From an uncultured Alphaproteobacteria bacterium (lineage in GTDB: Bacteria > Pseudomonadota > Alphaproteobacteria > HIMB59 > GCA-002718135), in the NCBI GenBank assembly GCA_902585605.1, contig CACIED010000004.1, forward strand, positions 1,637 to 65,636: a stretch of DNA of 64,000 bases, given 5' to 3'. Shown here piece after piece: positions 51,015 to 61,785 of this stretch. Below the pieces are notes generated by a model. It did no database searches and was not told the origin of the DNA. It worked only from the letters and a program-made list of their open reading frames with translations. The first letter of the stretch is position 1; every line of letters starts with the position of its first letter. Both the position numbers and the translations under genes were made by a program.

Positions 51015-52905
51015 TTATTTCACTCTCTATTAAATTTATATCTTTTTGTTGATCATTTTTATCATCTTTAGTTATTTCATTTTCATCTAAATTGTTTTCC
51101 TTAATACTTTTTTTTGATTTTTTAGTTTTTATTATCTTCTTTTTTTTAATTACTTTGGTAGTTTTATTTTTTTTCTTCTGTTTATTTATTTTTTCTTCAT
51201 CCTTAGACTGTTTATCTTCATCAATTTCAATTAAAGGATCATGTAAAGAATATTGCGGATTAAAATAAAAATTAATCTTAGATTCAAATTTATTTTCCAA
51301 TGAATGAATCTCACTCTTTTTATTATTTAATAAATTTTCTGCTAAACCACTATTACACTTTACATTTATTATTGAATTTTTGTTTTCAGAGATTTTTTCT
51401 TTAATCACTTTTATTATTTGATCTATAATTGATGAAGAATTTAATATTAATCCCGAACCTTTACAATAATTACATTTTTCAAATGATTTATCTATCAAGC
51501 TTGATCTTAATCTTTGTCTAGATAGTTCCATTAATCCAAACATACTTATTCTACCAACTTGGACTCTCGCTCTATCTCTTACAAGAGCAGTTTTTAAACT
51601 TTTTTCAACTTTAAAATTATTGCGATAATCATCCATATCGATAAAATCTATAACTACCAAACCCCCAAGATCTCTTAATCTAAGCTGTCTAGCTACCTCT
51701 ACTGCAGCTTCTAAATTTGTTTTTAGAGCGGTATTTTCAATATTTCTTTCTGATGTATTTTTTCCAGAGTTTACATCTACTGCAACCAATGCTTCAGTTG
51801 TATTAATTACAATTGAGCCACCAGATTTTAGTTTTACATTTAGACTAAAAAGATCATTAATTTGTGTTTCAATATTATTGGAGGCAAATAATGAGTTCTC
51901 ATCAGATTTATATTGCTTTACTTTTCGAACAAATGTTGGTGCTAAATTTTTTGTAATCTTTTTAACTTTGTCGTATCCATCTTTACCTTCAACTAAAATT
52001 TTTTCTACATCTTCACTTAGCATATCTCTAATAGCTCTTTTTAGAACATTGCCTTCTTCATGTATCATCTCTGGTGCTTCAGATTTTAAAGTAAGTTCTC
52101 TAATTTTATTCCATTGGCTTACAAGGAATGAAAGATCTTTTGATATTTCTTTTTTTGTTCTACCAATACCTGCTGTTCTTACAATTACTGACATTTTTTC
52201 TGGTATCTCAACTGATGACAATATTTTTTTTAATTTTTTTCTCTCTTCAATATCCCCTATCTTTCTAGATATTCCATCACTATTCATACTATTGGGCATT
52301 AGAACACAATACCTTCCGGCAAATGATAAGTAAGTCGTCAAAGCAGCTCCCTTTAAACCTCTTTCTTCTTTGTTGATTTGAACAAGTAAAACTTGTTTTG
52401 GTCTAATTACATCTTGAATTTTATATTTCCTAAAAAAATTAAAATACTCTTTTTTTGGAGTTAATTTTTTACCTTTTCTTTTTTTAATTGAAATGATTTT
52501 ATCTTCATTGATATCCTCACTTTCTTCAAGTTTATTTTCAATATTGTTTTCTTCTAAATTTTCTAATTCGTTTTCATTATCTGTAGGAGTTATTTCTTCA
52601 TCTTCATTGTTGTTATTTATTTTTTCATTTAACTCTTTTATTTTTGCTTCATCCGCAGCAGGAATTTTGAAATAATCAGGGTGAATTTCTGTTAGAGGAA
52701 GGAAACCATTTCTATTTTTTCCAAAATCAACAAATGCAGCTTGAAGTGAAGGCTCAATCCTTGTTATTTTAGCTAAATAAACATCGCCTTTAACTGCATT
52801 TTTTTTATTTGTTTCAATTTCAAAATCATCAAGTTTCCCATCTTCTGTAACTGCGATCCTTGTTTCAATGTTATTTGTAGTATCAATAAGTATATTTTTT
52901 GACAT
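50980..52905 (-). CDS. rne: Ribonuclease E/G
   Basis: EPSLQAAFVDFG, GFLPLTEIHPDY, AVDVNSG, VIDFIDM, LMELSRQR, CxxC. Confidence 0.93.
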   Translation of the reverse strand: MSKNILIDTTNNIETRIAVTEDGKLDDFEIETNKKNAVKGDVYLAKITRIEPSLQAAFVDFGKNRNGFLPLTEIHPDYFKIPAADEAKIKELNEKINNNNEDEEITPTDNENELENLEENNIENKLEESEDINEDKIISIKKRKGKKLTPKKEYFNFFRKYKIQDVIRPKQVLLVQINKEERGLKGAALTTYLSFAGRYCVLMPNSMNSDGISRKIGDIEERKKLKKILSSVEIPEKMSVIVRTAGIGRTKKEISKDLSFLVSQWNKIRELTLKSEAPEMIHEEGNVLKRAIRDMLSEDVEKILVEGKDGYDKVKKITKNLAPTFVRKVKQYKSDENSLFASNNIETQINDLFSLNVKLKSGGSIVINTTEALVAVDVNSGKNTSERNIENTALKTNLEAAVEVARQLRLRDLGGLVVIDFIDMDDYRNNFKVEKSLKTALVRDRARVQVGRISMFGLMELSRQRLRSSLIDKSFEKCNYCKGSGLILNSSSIIDQIIKVIKEKISENKNSIINVKCNSGLAENLLNNKKSEIHSLENKFESKINFYFNPQYSLHDPLIEIDEDKQSKDEEKINKQKKKNKTTKVIKKKKIIKTKKSKKSIKENNLDENEITKDDKNDQQKDINLIESEINEDEEKTGWWS

Positions 52906-53015
52906 AATGCCGAAACTCCGTAAAAATTTTTATATGTTAAAATCATATCTGAATATTTGTATAATATTTGCCTATTGTCATATTTTTAACTATTTCTCAA
53001 TGTAGATTATCTAAT

Positions 53016-55367
53016 ATGTATAATTTTTTTAACTATATAAAATTATTACTAATTTTTCTATTTATATTTGGATTTATTTCAATATTTTCAATTTTTTATA
53101 TACTCTGGCAATATTCATCAGAATTACCGTCTTATGAAAGTATTTTAAAATATAAACCAAATCTATCTTCAAGAATTTATAGTTCAGATGGTTTTCTTTT
53201 AAAAAGTTTTTATCTAGAAGAGAGGATATTCATACCTGAAAATAGAATACCTAAAGATATCAAAAATGCTTTTCTAGCATCTGAGGATAAAAATTTCTAT
53301 GATCATTATGGTATAGATGTAATTGCAATTTTTAGAGCTTTATTAACAAACGTTTTAAATATAAATTCTAACAGAAGGGTAGTTGGAGCTTCTACGATTA
53401 CTCAACAAGTTGTAAAAAATTTATTGTTAAGTAATGAATTAAGTTATTCAAGAAAAATAAAAGAAATTATTTTAGCCATAAGAATTGAAAATATTTTAAA
53501 TAAGCATGAAATTTTAGAATTATATTTAAATGATATTTATTTAGGTTTTGGTTCTTATGGAATTGGATCTGCGAGTTTAAATTATTTTAATAAATCAATT
53601 TATGATCTTGAACTTCATGAGATAGCTTTTTTAGCAGCATTGCCTAAGGCACCAAATAATTACAATCCCAATTCAAATTATGTAAAAGCTGTAGATAGAA
53701 GAAATTGGGTAATCGATAGAATGTATGCAAATAAATTTATTGATAAGGAAGATCTTGACTATAAAAATCAACCTCTAGAAGTATACAATCGAGCAGATAT
53801 TGAATTTTCCGATGCTGATTATTATTATGAAGAAATTAGAAAGGAACTTTTTAAAAAATATGGCAAAGAAAAACTTTACTCTGAAGGACTCATAATTAAA
53901 ACCGCACTTGATTCAAGTATTCAACAAAGTGCTAATTTGAGTCTTGTTGAAGGATTAATTGAATATGAAAAAAAACAAGGATGGAATGGTCTTATTGAAA
54001 ATACAACATTAGATGAATTTTTGAATAAGAAAGCTTTTTATAACGATAAAAATCCCTTTATTGCAAATTGGGAAACTGTAATTATTGATTCTGTAAATAA
54101 AAAAAAATTAGAAGTAATAAATCTCAATAAAAATAAATTTAACATCAATTTAGAAAATGAGTTCAATAACTGGTTACTAAATATAACTTTTAATAAAGGA
54201 GACGTTATCTATGTAGAAAAAAGGAACAGTACTTATATCATTAATCAAGAGCCAAGTGTAAATGGGGCCATAATTGTTATTGATCCACATTCTGGAGATA
54301 TTTTAGCTTTATCTGGCGGTTATAGCTTTAAAAAAAGTGAATTTAATCGTGCTACACAGGCAAAAAGACAACCTGGTTCAGCTTTTAAACCAATTGTTTA
54401 TTTAGCTGCTTTAAATGAGGGTTATTCTCCTGCTACTTTAATACTAGATGCTCCTTATGTTGTTGATCAAGGTCCAGGACTTCCAAAATGGAAACCTTCA
54501 AATTATACAGACGAATTTTATGGTCTTACAACAATGAGAACAGGTATAGAAAAATCAAGAAATCTTATGACTGTAAGACTTGCTAATAGAATAGGAATGA
54601 AAAAAATTTTAGATATGGCAAATAATTTTAATATTAATGAAGGATTAGATAAAAACCTTTCAATGTCTTTGGGTTCTGGTGTTGTAACTTTAAAAGAATT
54701 AACAAATGCATATGCAATAATTGCAAACGGTGGAAAAAAAATACAACCTAAATTAATAACAAGTATTTACTCAAAAGATGGAGAAAAAATTTATGACACA
54801 AGATTAAAAAAATGTTTTGGGTGTAGAATTGATAAAATATTATCAAAAAATAAAATCCCTGAATTAAATGAAACTAAAAATATCATTGTTGATCCTAGAT
54901 TAACTTATCAAATAACTTCAATGATGGAAGGTGTTATTAAAAGAGGGACAGCAAAAAAATTAAAAGATTTAAATATTCCTATAGCAGGCAAGACTGGAAC
55001 AACAAATCAGAACAAAGACGCTTGGTTTATAGGATATACTCCTGATTTGGTAATAGGCGTTTATGTAGGATATGATCAACCAAAATCTCTTGGATATAAA
55101 CAAACTGGATCTAGTGTTGCAGTTCCAATATTCAAAAATTTTGCTAAAAAAATAAAAATTAATAAAAACAAAAAACCATTTAGAATTCCATCAGGTATCA
55201 GTTTTGTAAGAATTGATCCTAGCAGCGGCATAATATCGAATAATGAAGGGGGTATTAATGAACCTTTCATTTTAGGTTCTGAGCCATATTCAGGAAATAT
55301 TAATGTCATAGATGGATTAGAAAATTTTAATAATAATTCCATTTCAGGGACAGGTGGTTTATTATAG
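53016..55367 (+). CDS. mrcA: Penicillin-binding protein 1A
   Basis: Transglycosylase EDKNF and GASTITQQ; transpeptidase GSAFKP, SRN, AGKTGT. Start placed at ATG 53016. Confidence 0.93.
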   Translation: MYNFFNYIKLLLIFLFIFGFISIFSIFYILWQYSSELPSYESILKYKPNLSSRIYSSDGFLLKSFYLEERIFIPENRIPKDIKNAFLASEDKNFYDHYGIDVIAIFRALLTNVLNINSNRRVVGASTITQQVVKNLLLSNELSYSRKIKEIILAIRIENILNKHEILELYLNDIYLGFGSYGIGSASLNYFNKSIYDLELHEIAFLAALPKAPNNYNPNSNYVKAVDRRNWVIDRMYANKFIDKEDLDYKNQPLEVYNRADIEFSDADYYYEEIRKELFKKYGKEKLYSEGLIIKTALDSSIQQSANLSLVEGLIEYEKKQGWNGLIENTTLDEFLNKKAFYNDKNPFIANWETVIIDSVNKKKLEVINLNKNKFNINLENEFNNWLLNITFNKGDVIYVEKRNSTYIINQEPSVNGAIIVIDPHSGDILALSGGYSFKKSEFNRATQAKRQPGSAFKPIVYLAALNEGYSPATLILDAPYVVDQGPGLPKWKPSNYTDEFYGLTTMRTGIEKSRNLMTVRLANRIGMKKILDMANNFNINEGLDKNLSMSLGSGVVTLKELTNAYAIIANGGKKIQPKLITSIYSKDGEKIYDTRLKKCFGCRIDKILSKNKIPELNETKNIIVDPRLTYQITSMMEGVIKRGTAKKLKDLNIPIAGKTGTTNQNKDAWFIGYTPDLVIGVYVGYDQPKSLGYKQTGSSVAVPIFKNFAKKIKINKNKKPFRIPSGISFVRIDPSSGIISNNEGGINEPFILGSEPYSGNINVIDGLENFNNNSISGTGGLL

Positions 55368-55376
55368 ATTAAATTT

Positions 55377-56472
55377 ATGGAAAATATTGAAATAATTGAA
55401 ACTAGTTTAAAAAAAATAAGATCAAATTTAGATCTTATAAGGAGGGGGGTTTGACTATAAATCCCTAGAGGATAAATTAACTGATTTAAAACTTAAAAGT
55501 TCAGATCCTAATATATGGGTGACTAATGAAGCTAAAAATATATTTCAAAAAATAAAAAAAATTGAAAATAAAATTAATGATTTTAGTAAATTAAATAAAT
55601 TATTAAATGAAAATGAGGAAATATATAATTTTATTCAAAAAAACAAAGATGATTCTCTCTTAAATGAACTGCAAAAAGAAGTAGAAATTACATTAAAATT
55701 ATCTGAAAAAATCCGTTATTTGAATTTATTAAATGACGAAGCTGATCACCTTAATGCATTTATAGAAATCCATGCAGGTGCTGGGGGCACTGAGAGCCAG
55801 GATTGGGCAGAAATTTTACAAAGAATGTATCTCCGATGGGCTGATGATCAAGAAAATTGCAAAGCAATTTTATTAGGGGAAATGAGGGGAGAGGAAGCAG
55901 GTATTAAATCATGTACGTTAAAAATTTTAATGGATTACTCATATGGATGGCTTAAAAATGAAAGTGGTATACATAGATTAGTCAGAATTTCTCCTTTTGA
56001 TAGTAATAAAAGAAGACACACTAGTTTTGCAAGTATTTGGGTTTATCCAGAAATTGATGATAAAATTGAAGTTGAAATCAAAGACAGTGATTTAAGGATA
56101 GATACATACCGTGCATCTGGAGCAGGAGGTCAGCATGTAAATAAAACTGATAGCGCCGTTAGAATTACACATTTGCCTACAAACATAGTTGTTCAATGCC
56201 AAAGTGATAGATCTCAGCATAAAAATAGATCAAATGCCATGAAAATGATAAAATCAAGAATTTATGAGAAAGAACTTCAAAAAAGAAAAGAAGATGACAA
56301 TATAAAAAATAAAGAAAAAAAAGATATTGGTTGGGGAAATCAGATAAGATCTTATGTTTTGCACCCTTACAAGCTAATAAAAGATTTAAGAAGTGGATAT
56401 GAGACTTCAAATGTAAAAGATATTTTAGATGGCAAAATTAATGACTTTTTAGAAAACTCTCTTACTTTATAA
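55377..56472 (+). CDS. prfB: Peptide chain release factor 2, interrupted by a +1 shift near codon 25
   Basis: Frame 0: MENIEIIETSLKKIRSNLDLIRRGV-stop (AGG AGG GGG GTT TGA C, 55440-55455). The +1 frame continues DYKSLED... into GAGGTESQDW, SPF and GAGGQHVN. Confidence 0.93.
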
Positions 56473-56475
56473 AAA

Positions 56476-57714
56476 TTATATTATTTTTAAGATTCCAACT
56501 TTCTTTTTCCCAATCATTATTTTAATTTCATTCTTTTCTGAGAAATCATTTAAAGATAGGTCACTATTCTTATACAAAACATCATTTACTTTTATTCCAT
56601 CAGATTTTATTAATCTTTTAATTTCACTTCTACTATTAACTAGCTTTAAACCTTCAATAGCGTCTAAAATTGTAAATTTTCCATTTTTTATATTTAATCT
56701 TTGTTCTGAAATATTCGGCAATCTTTTATCTACAATGTTAGAATCAAAAATGTTATTTGTTATTTGTATTGCTTCATCAGCATCTTCTTTTCCTCTTACA
56801 AGTTTAGTTATTTCATATGCGAGAGTTTTTTTAGCTTCATTTATTTCTTGGCCTTTAAGTTTTGACAATTTTTTTATTTCTTCTATTGAAATTTTCGTAA
56901 ATAAATTTAGAAATCTTGGAACATCTTCATCATTTACATTTCTCCAATATTGAAAAAAATCTAAACTAGATATCTTATCTTTATTAAGCCAAATTGCTCC
57001 GTCTGCTGTTTTACCCATTTTAGAGCCATCATTATTTGTTATTAGTGGAGAAGTAATGCCAAATGCATCTCTTTTATTTATTCTTCTTATGAAATCTACT
57101 CCACTTAATATATTGCCCCACTGGTCAGACCCACCCATCTGTAATATACAATTAAACTCCTTATTTAAGTGATAAAAATCATATGCTTGAAGAAGCATGT
57201 AATTAAATTCAAGAATTGATAAGGGTTGTTCACGGTCTAATCTGTTTTTAATTGAATCAAAAGTTAGCATGCGATTAAGTGTAATTTTTGATCCAAATTC
57301 TCTTAGAAAGTCAATATAGTTTATATTGGAAAGCCATTCATAATTATTAATTATTAGTGAATTTTTCTTTATATTTATAAATCTATCAAATGTTTTTTCA
57401 ATGTTTTCTATATTTTTATCTATTTCTTTTTTGCTTAAAATTTTCCTAGTTTGATCTTTGCCAGATGGATCACCAATTAATGTTGTTCCTCCACCAACTA
57501 AGGCAATTGATTGATGATTATAAAAATCAAGCCAGTGAAGCAACATTAATTGGATCAAACTTCCTACGTGCAAACTATCACTTGTTATATCAAAACCAAT
57601 ATAGCCTGATATTTTATTTTTAGACATAATATTATCTAAATTTTCAATTTCTATATCTTGATATATGAATCCTCTTTGTTTAATTTCTTGCAGAAATTCT
57701 GATTTAAATCTCAT
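56476..57714 (-). CDS. tyrS: Tyrosine--tRNA ligase
   Basis: HVGS (HIGH-like), QMGGSDQWGN, KMGKT; C-terminal S4 domain. Confidence 0.96.
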   Translation of the reverse strand: MRFKSEFLQEIKQRGFIYQDIEIENLDNIMSKNKISGYIGFDITSDSLHVGSLIQLMLLHWLDFYNHQSIALVGGGTTLIGDPSGKDQTRKILSKKEIDKNIENIEKTFDRFINIKKNSLIINNYEWLSNINYIDFLREFGSKITLNRMLTFDSIKNRLDREQPLSILEFNYMLLQAYDFYHLNKEFNCILQMGGSDQWGNILSGVDFIRRINKRDAFGITSPLITNNDGSKMGKTADGAIWLNKDKISSLDFFQYWRNVNDEDVPRFLNLFTKISIEEIKKLSKLKGQEINEAKKTLAYEITKLVRGKEDADEAIQITNNIFDSNIVDKRLPNISEQRLNIKNGKFTILDAIEGLKLVNSRSEIKRLIKSDGIKVNDVLYKNSDLSLNDFSEKNEIKIMIGKKKVGILKII

Positions 57715-57716
57715 TA

Positions 57717-58361
57717 TTAGTTATTTTTTATAGTTTGATTAATATATTCATTTATTGATTCATCAAATTCATTAGAATAACTTTCATAAAAATGATCTGC
57801 GCCCTTTATTGGTTTAAATTTAATATCAACTTTTTTTTGTTGCTGAAGTTTTTCTACAAGTATCTTTGTGGAATCAAATGAAGCAATATTATCTTTATCT
57901 CCATGAACTATTAATCCAGATGATGGACATGGTGCCAAAAAACTAAAGTCTCTTAAATTTGCTGGTGGAGAAATACTAACAAATCCATTTATCTCAGGTC
58001 TTCTCATTAATAATTGCATTGCTATCCATGCTCCAAATGAGAATCCAGCTACCCAACATATTTTAGAATTTGTATTATACTGTTGTAACCAATCTAAAAC
58101 ACAAGCTGCATCACTGAGCTCTCCCTCACCATCATCGAAAACACCTTCACTTTTCCCAACTCCTCTAAAATTAAATCTTATTGTTGAAAATCCTGCTTTT
58201 ATAAAAATTTTGTACATTTTGTATACTATTTTAGTATGCATAGTCCCACCTTTTGATGGATCTGGATGTAAAAGTATTACTGTTGGAGAATCATCTCTGT
58301 TGTTGTGCGAATACTTAGCTTCTATTTTTCCCTCTGGACCTGGAATTAATATGTCTACCAT
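57717..58361 (-). CDS. Alpha/beta-fold hydrolase (conserved alphaproteobacterial, Fe-S locus associated)
   Basis: LHPDP..GGTM, RFNFRGVG, AGFSFG, ADHF. Confidence 0.85.
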   Translation of the reverse strand: MVDILIPGPEGKIEAKYSHNNRDDSPTVILLHPDPSKGGTMHTKIVYKMYKIFIKAGFSTIRFNFRGVGKSEGVFDDGEGELSDAACVLDWLQQYNTNSKICWVAGFSFGAWIAMQLLMRRPEINGFVSISPPANLRDFSFLAPCPSSGLIVHGDKDNIASFDSTKILVEKLQQQKKVDIKFKPIKGADHFYESYSNEFDESINEYINQTIKNN

Positions 58362-58417
58362 TTGATAAAGCTATTATTGAAGTTATATGATTTTGTAAAT
58401 ATAGATGTTTGAAATAT

Positions 58418-59512
58418 ATGAATTCTCTTGGTTTTGACAAGTTAGAAAAAGATACAAAAGTTGTCGTTGCGATGTCTGGAGGTGTAGATAGCTCAGTTGC
58501 AGCCGTAATGCTAAAAAAACAAGGTTATGATGTAATAGGCATTACACTTAAATTATACAATAACTCCAATGTGTCAAATAGTAAATCATGTTGTGCTGGT
58601 ATTGATATTGCAGATGCTAAAAAAGTTGCTCTAAACAATGATTTCAAACATTTAGTTTTAGATTATCAAGATAAATTTTTTGATGGAGTCATCAATAATT
58701 TTGTTGATTCATACGCTAATGGAGAAACTCCTTTGCCTTGTGTAAAGTGTAATCAAACAGTTAAATTTTCAGATTTACTTAATGAAGCAAAAAAAATGGG
58801 AGCAGACGCATTAGCCACAGGACATTATGCAATTAGAAAAGGATCTTTAAACAATGCAAGTTTGCATAAAGCAAAAGATTTTTCAAAAGATCAAAGTTTT
58901 TTTCTATTTTCAACACTTCAAGAGCAATTAAATTATGTTAGGTTCCCATTAGGTGATTTCAAAAAATCTGAAATTAGAGAATTAGCTAAAGAATATAAAC
59001 TAAGTGTCAGTGATAAGCCTGATAGCCAAGATATCTGTTTTGTAACATCTGATTCCTATAGAGATTTTGTTAAAAATCTAAATCCAAGTGTGAACAAAAA
59101 AGGTATAATCTATGATACTAATAAAAATATTCTTGGAACTCATGAAGGAATTAGTAATTATACAATTGGTCAAAGAAAAGGTATTGGTATAAGTGGTTTA
59201 AATGAAGCTTTATACGTTATAGACATAAATAAAAATCAAAATTCAATTACTTTAGGCACAAAAGAAAAATTGAAAAAAAATGTTATTAATTTCAAAAATA
59301 TCAATTGGTTGGGTGGTAATATTTTACCTAAAAAACTTGATTGTTCAGCAAAAATAAGATCTACACAAGTAGATTTACCAGGAATACTTGATATTGACAG
59401 TGATCATGGAACTTTTACATTTGAAACAGAATTAGATAAAACTTCTCCTGGACAAGCTTGTGTTTTTTATAAAAATGACCAATTACTTGGCGGTGGCTGG
59501 ATTACTTCATAA
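58418..59512 (+). CDS. mnmA: tRNA 2-thiouridylase MnmA
   Basis: VAMSGGVDSS, PCVKCN, ATGHY, KDQSFF, SQDICF, PGQACVFY. Start may be TTG 58409. Confidence 0.95.
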   Translation: MNSLGFDKLEKDTKVVVAMSGGVDSSVAAVMLKKQGYDVIGITLKLYNNSNVSNSKSCCAGIDIADAKKVALNNDFKHLVLDYQDKFFDGVINNFVDSYANGETPLPCVKCNQTVKFSDLLNEAKKMGADALATGHYAIRKGSLNNASLHKAKDFSKDQSFFLFSTLQEQLNYVRFPLGDFKKSEIRELAKEYKLSVSDKPDSQDICFVTSDSYRDFVKNLNPSVNKKGIIYDTNKNILGTHEGISNYTIGQRKGIGISGLNEALYVIDINKNQNSITLGTKEKLKKNVINFKNINWLGGNILPKKLDCSAKIRSTQVDLPGILDIDSDHGTFTFETELDKTSPGQACVFYKNDQLLGGGWITS

Positions 59513-59591
59513 ATTTAAAATCAGTTCTAAATTTGCTTAATTTTTGTTGAATTAACTAGATTTTTTCAATTAATGAATTAGATGATGTATT

Positions 59592-61043
59592 GTGAACTCA
59601 GAAACTCTAAATACATTAGATTCTTATAGTAAAAATAAGTACAAGTATGGCTTCGTTACAGAAATAGATGAAGAAAAGCCAAAAAAAGGATTAAACGAAG
59701 ATATCATAAAATTTATTTCGCTAAAAAAGAATGAGCCAGAATGGATGCTTGAGTGGAGATTAAAAGCATTTTCAAAATGGAAAAAAATGAAAGAGCCAAA
59801 ATGGGCAAACCTTAATTTTCCTGAAATTGATTATCAAGATATCTACTATTACTCTGCCCCAAAAGGCTTTGACAAGAAGCCAAAAGATTTAAGCGAAGTA
59901 GATCCAAAGCTTATAGAGACATATAATAAACTAGGTATTCCTCTAGAGGAGCAAAAAGTATTAGCGGGTGTTGCTGTTGATGTTGTGTTTGATAGTGTTT
60001 CAGTTGCAACCACCTATAAAGGTGAATTAGAAAAGCTTGGTATAATTTTTTGTTCCATCGGAGAGGCAATTCAGAAACATCCTGAAAAAATAAAAAAATA
60101 CTTAGGATCAGTTATACCAGCTGGAGACCATTCATTTTCTGCATTAAATTCAGCTGTGTTTACTGATGGATCATTTGTATACATTCCAGAAGGTGTAAAA
60201 TGTCCAATGGAGCTATCAACTTATTTTAGAATTAATGCAGAAAATACCGGTCAATTTGAGAGAACTCTAATTATTGCAGACAAAGGTAGTTATGTTAGTT
60301 ATCTAGAAGGTTGCACAGCTCCAAAAAGAGATGATAACCAATTACACGCAGCTAATGTAGAATTAATTGCTCTAGAGGATGCTGAAATTAAATATTCAAC
60401 TGTTCAAAATTGGTATCCAGGAGATGAAGATGGAAAAGGTGGAATATACAATTTTGTTACTAAAAGAGGTCTTTGTGCAGGTAAAAATAGTAAGATCTCT
60501 TGGACTCAAGTAGAAACTGGTTCTGCTATTACATGGAAATATCCTAGTTGTATTTTAAAAGGGGATAATTCAATTGGTGAATTTTACTCTGTAGCAATAA
60601 CAAATAATTTTCAACAAGCTGATACGGGAACAAAGATGACTCACATTGGTAAAAATACCAAAAGTAAAATAATATCAAAAGGTATTTCTCTTGGTAAATC
60701 TCAAAATACTTACAGAGGTGAAGTTTCTTTTTTAAGAAAAGCAGATAAGGCAAGAAACTATACTCAATGTGATTCTTTGTTAGTAGGAAATAAATGTGGA
60801 GCACACACAGTTCCTTACATTGACTCAAAAAACAATACAGCAGTTATTGAGCACGAAGCTTCGACTTCTAAAATAAACGAAGACCAACTTTATTACTGCA
60901 GACAAAGAGGTTTAAGCCATGAAGAAGCAGTTTCATTAATAGTTAATGGTTTCTGCAAGCAAGTTTTACAAGAACTTCCAATGGAATTTGCTGTTGAAGC
61001 ACAAAAACTTGTATCTATTTCTCTTGAGGGAAGTGTTGGGTAA
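59592..61043 (+). CDS. sufB: Fe-S cluster assembly protein SufB
   Basis: [40 protein letters not shown]. Confidence 0.96.
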   Translation: MNSETLNTLDSYSKNKYKYGFVTEIDEEKPKKGLNEDIIKFISLKKNEPEWMLEWRLKAFSKWKKMKEPKWANLNFPEIDYQDIYYYSAPKGFDKKPKDLSEVDPKLIETYNKLGIPLEEQKVLAGVAVDVVFDSVSVATTYKGELEKLGIIFCSIGEAIQKHPEKIKKYLGSVIPAGDHSFSALNSAVFTDGSFVYIPEGVKCPMELSTYFRINAENTGQFERTLIIADKGSYVSYLEGCTAPKRDDNQLHAANVELIALEDAEIKYSTVQNWYPGDEDGKGGIYNFVTKRGLCAGKNSKISWTQVETGSAITWKYPSCILKGDNSIGEFYSVAITNNFQQADTGTKMTHIGKNTKSKIISKGISLGKSQNTYRGEVSFLRKADKARNYTQCDSLLVGNKCGAHTVPYIDSKNNTAVIEHEASTSKINEDQLYYCRQRGLSHEEAVSLIVNGFCKQVLQELPMEFAVEAQKLVSISLEGSVG

Positions 61044-61044
61044 T

Positions 61045-61785
61045 ATGTTTTTAGAAATTAAAGATCTATCTGTAAAAATTGAAAATAAAAATATTCTTAA
61101 AAAGCTTAATTTGAATATTAATAAAGGTGAAGTGCATGCAATTATGGGTCCGAATGGATGTGGTAAAAGCACATTAGCAAACGTTCTAGCAGGTAAAGAG
61201 GATTACGAAATCTTAAATGGTAAAATTAATTTTAAAGATAACGATTTATTTGATTTAAATATTGAAGAAAGAGCTCAAGAAGGAATGTTTTTGGCTTTTC
61301 AATATCCAGTTGAAATACCTGGAGTAAATATCACTCCATTTTTACATTCTGCAATTAATTCAAAAAGAAAACGTATGAACGAAGAAGAAATTGATAATTT
61401 ATCATTTGCTAAGCTTTTAAAATCTAAAGCTAGTGATTTAGGTATAAACATTGATATGCTTAAACGATCAGTTAATACAGGATTTTCTGGAGGAGAAAAA
61501 AAACGTTACGAAATTTTACAAATGAGCATTCTTAATCCAGATCTAGCTATTTTAGATGAAACTGATTCAGGACTTGATATTGATGCTCTTAAAATTGTTA
61601 CTGATGGGGTTAACAAACTTAAATCAAAAGATAATTCATTTTTAATAATTACTCATTATCAAAAACTTTTAGATTATATTAAGCCAGATTATGTGCATGT
61701 TATGGTAGATGGCTCTATTGTCAAATCAGGAGGTTCCGAAATTGCTGCCGAAATAGAAAAAGATGGATTTCAAAAATTTCAGTAA
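61045..61785 (+). CDS. sufC: Fe-S cluster assembly ATPase SufC
   Basis: MGPNGCGKST, FSGGEKKR, LDETDSGLDIDA. Start at ATG 61045. Confidence 0.96.
   Translation: MFLEIKDLSVKIENKNILKKLNLNINKGEVHAIMGPNGCGKSTLANVLAGKEDYEILNGKINFKDNDLFDLNIEERAQEGMFLAFQYPVEIPGVNITPFLHSAINSKRKRMNEEEIDNLSFAKLLKSKASDLGINIDMLKRSVNTGFSGGEKKRYEILQMSILNPDLAILDETDSGLDIDALKIVTDGVNKLKSKDNSFLIITHYQKLLDYIKPDYVHVMVDGSIVKSGGSEIAAEIEKDGFQKFQ

Noticed and set aside
59548-59570. TTGAA-N13-TTCAA inverted repeat upstream of sufB as an iron-regulator site
   Set aside because: Only 5-bp AT-rich arms, and the spacing does not match the IscR/RirA/Irr boxes I know.
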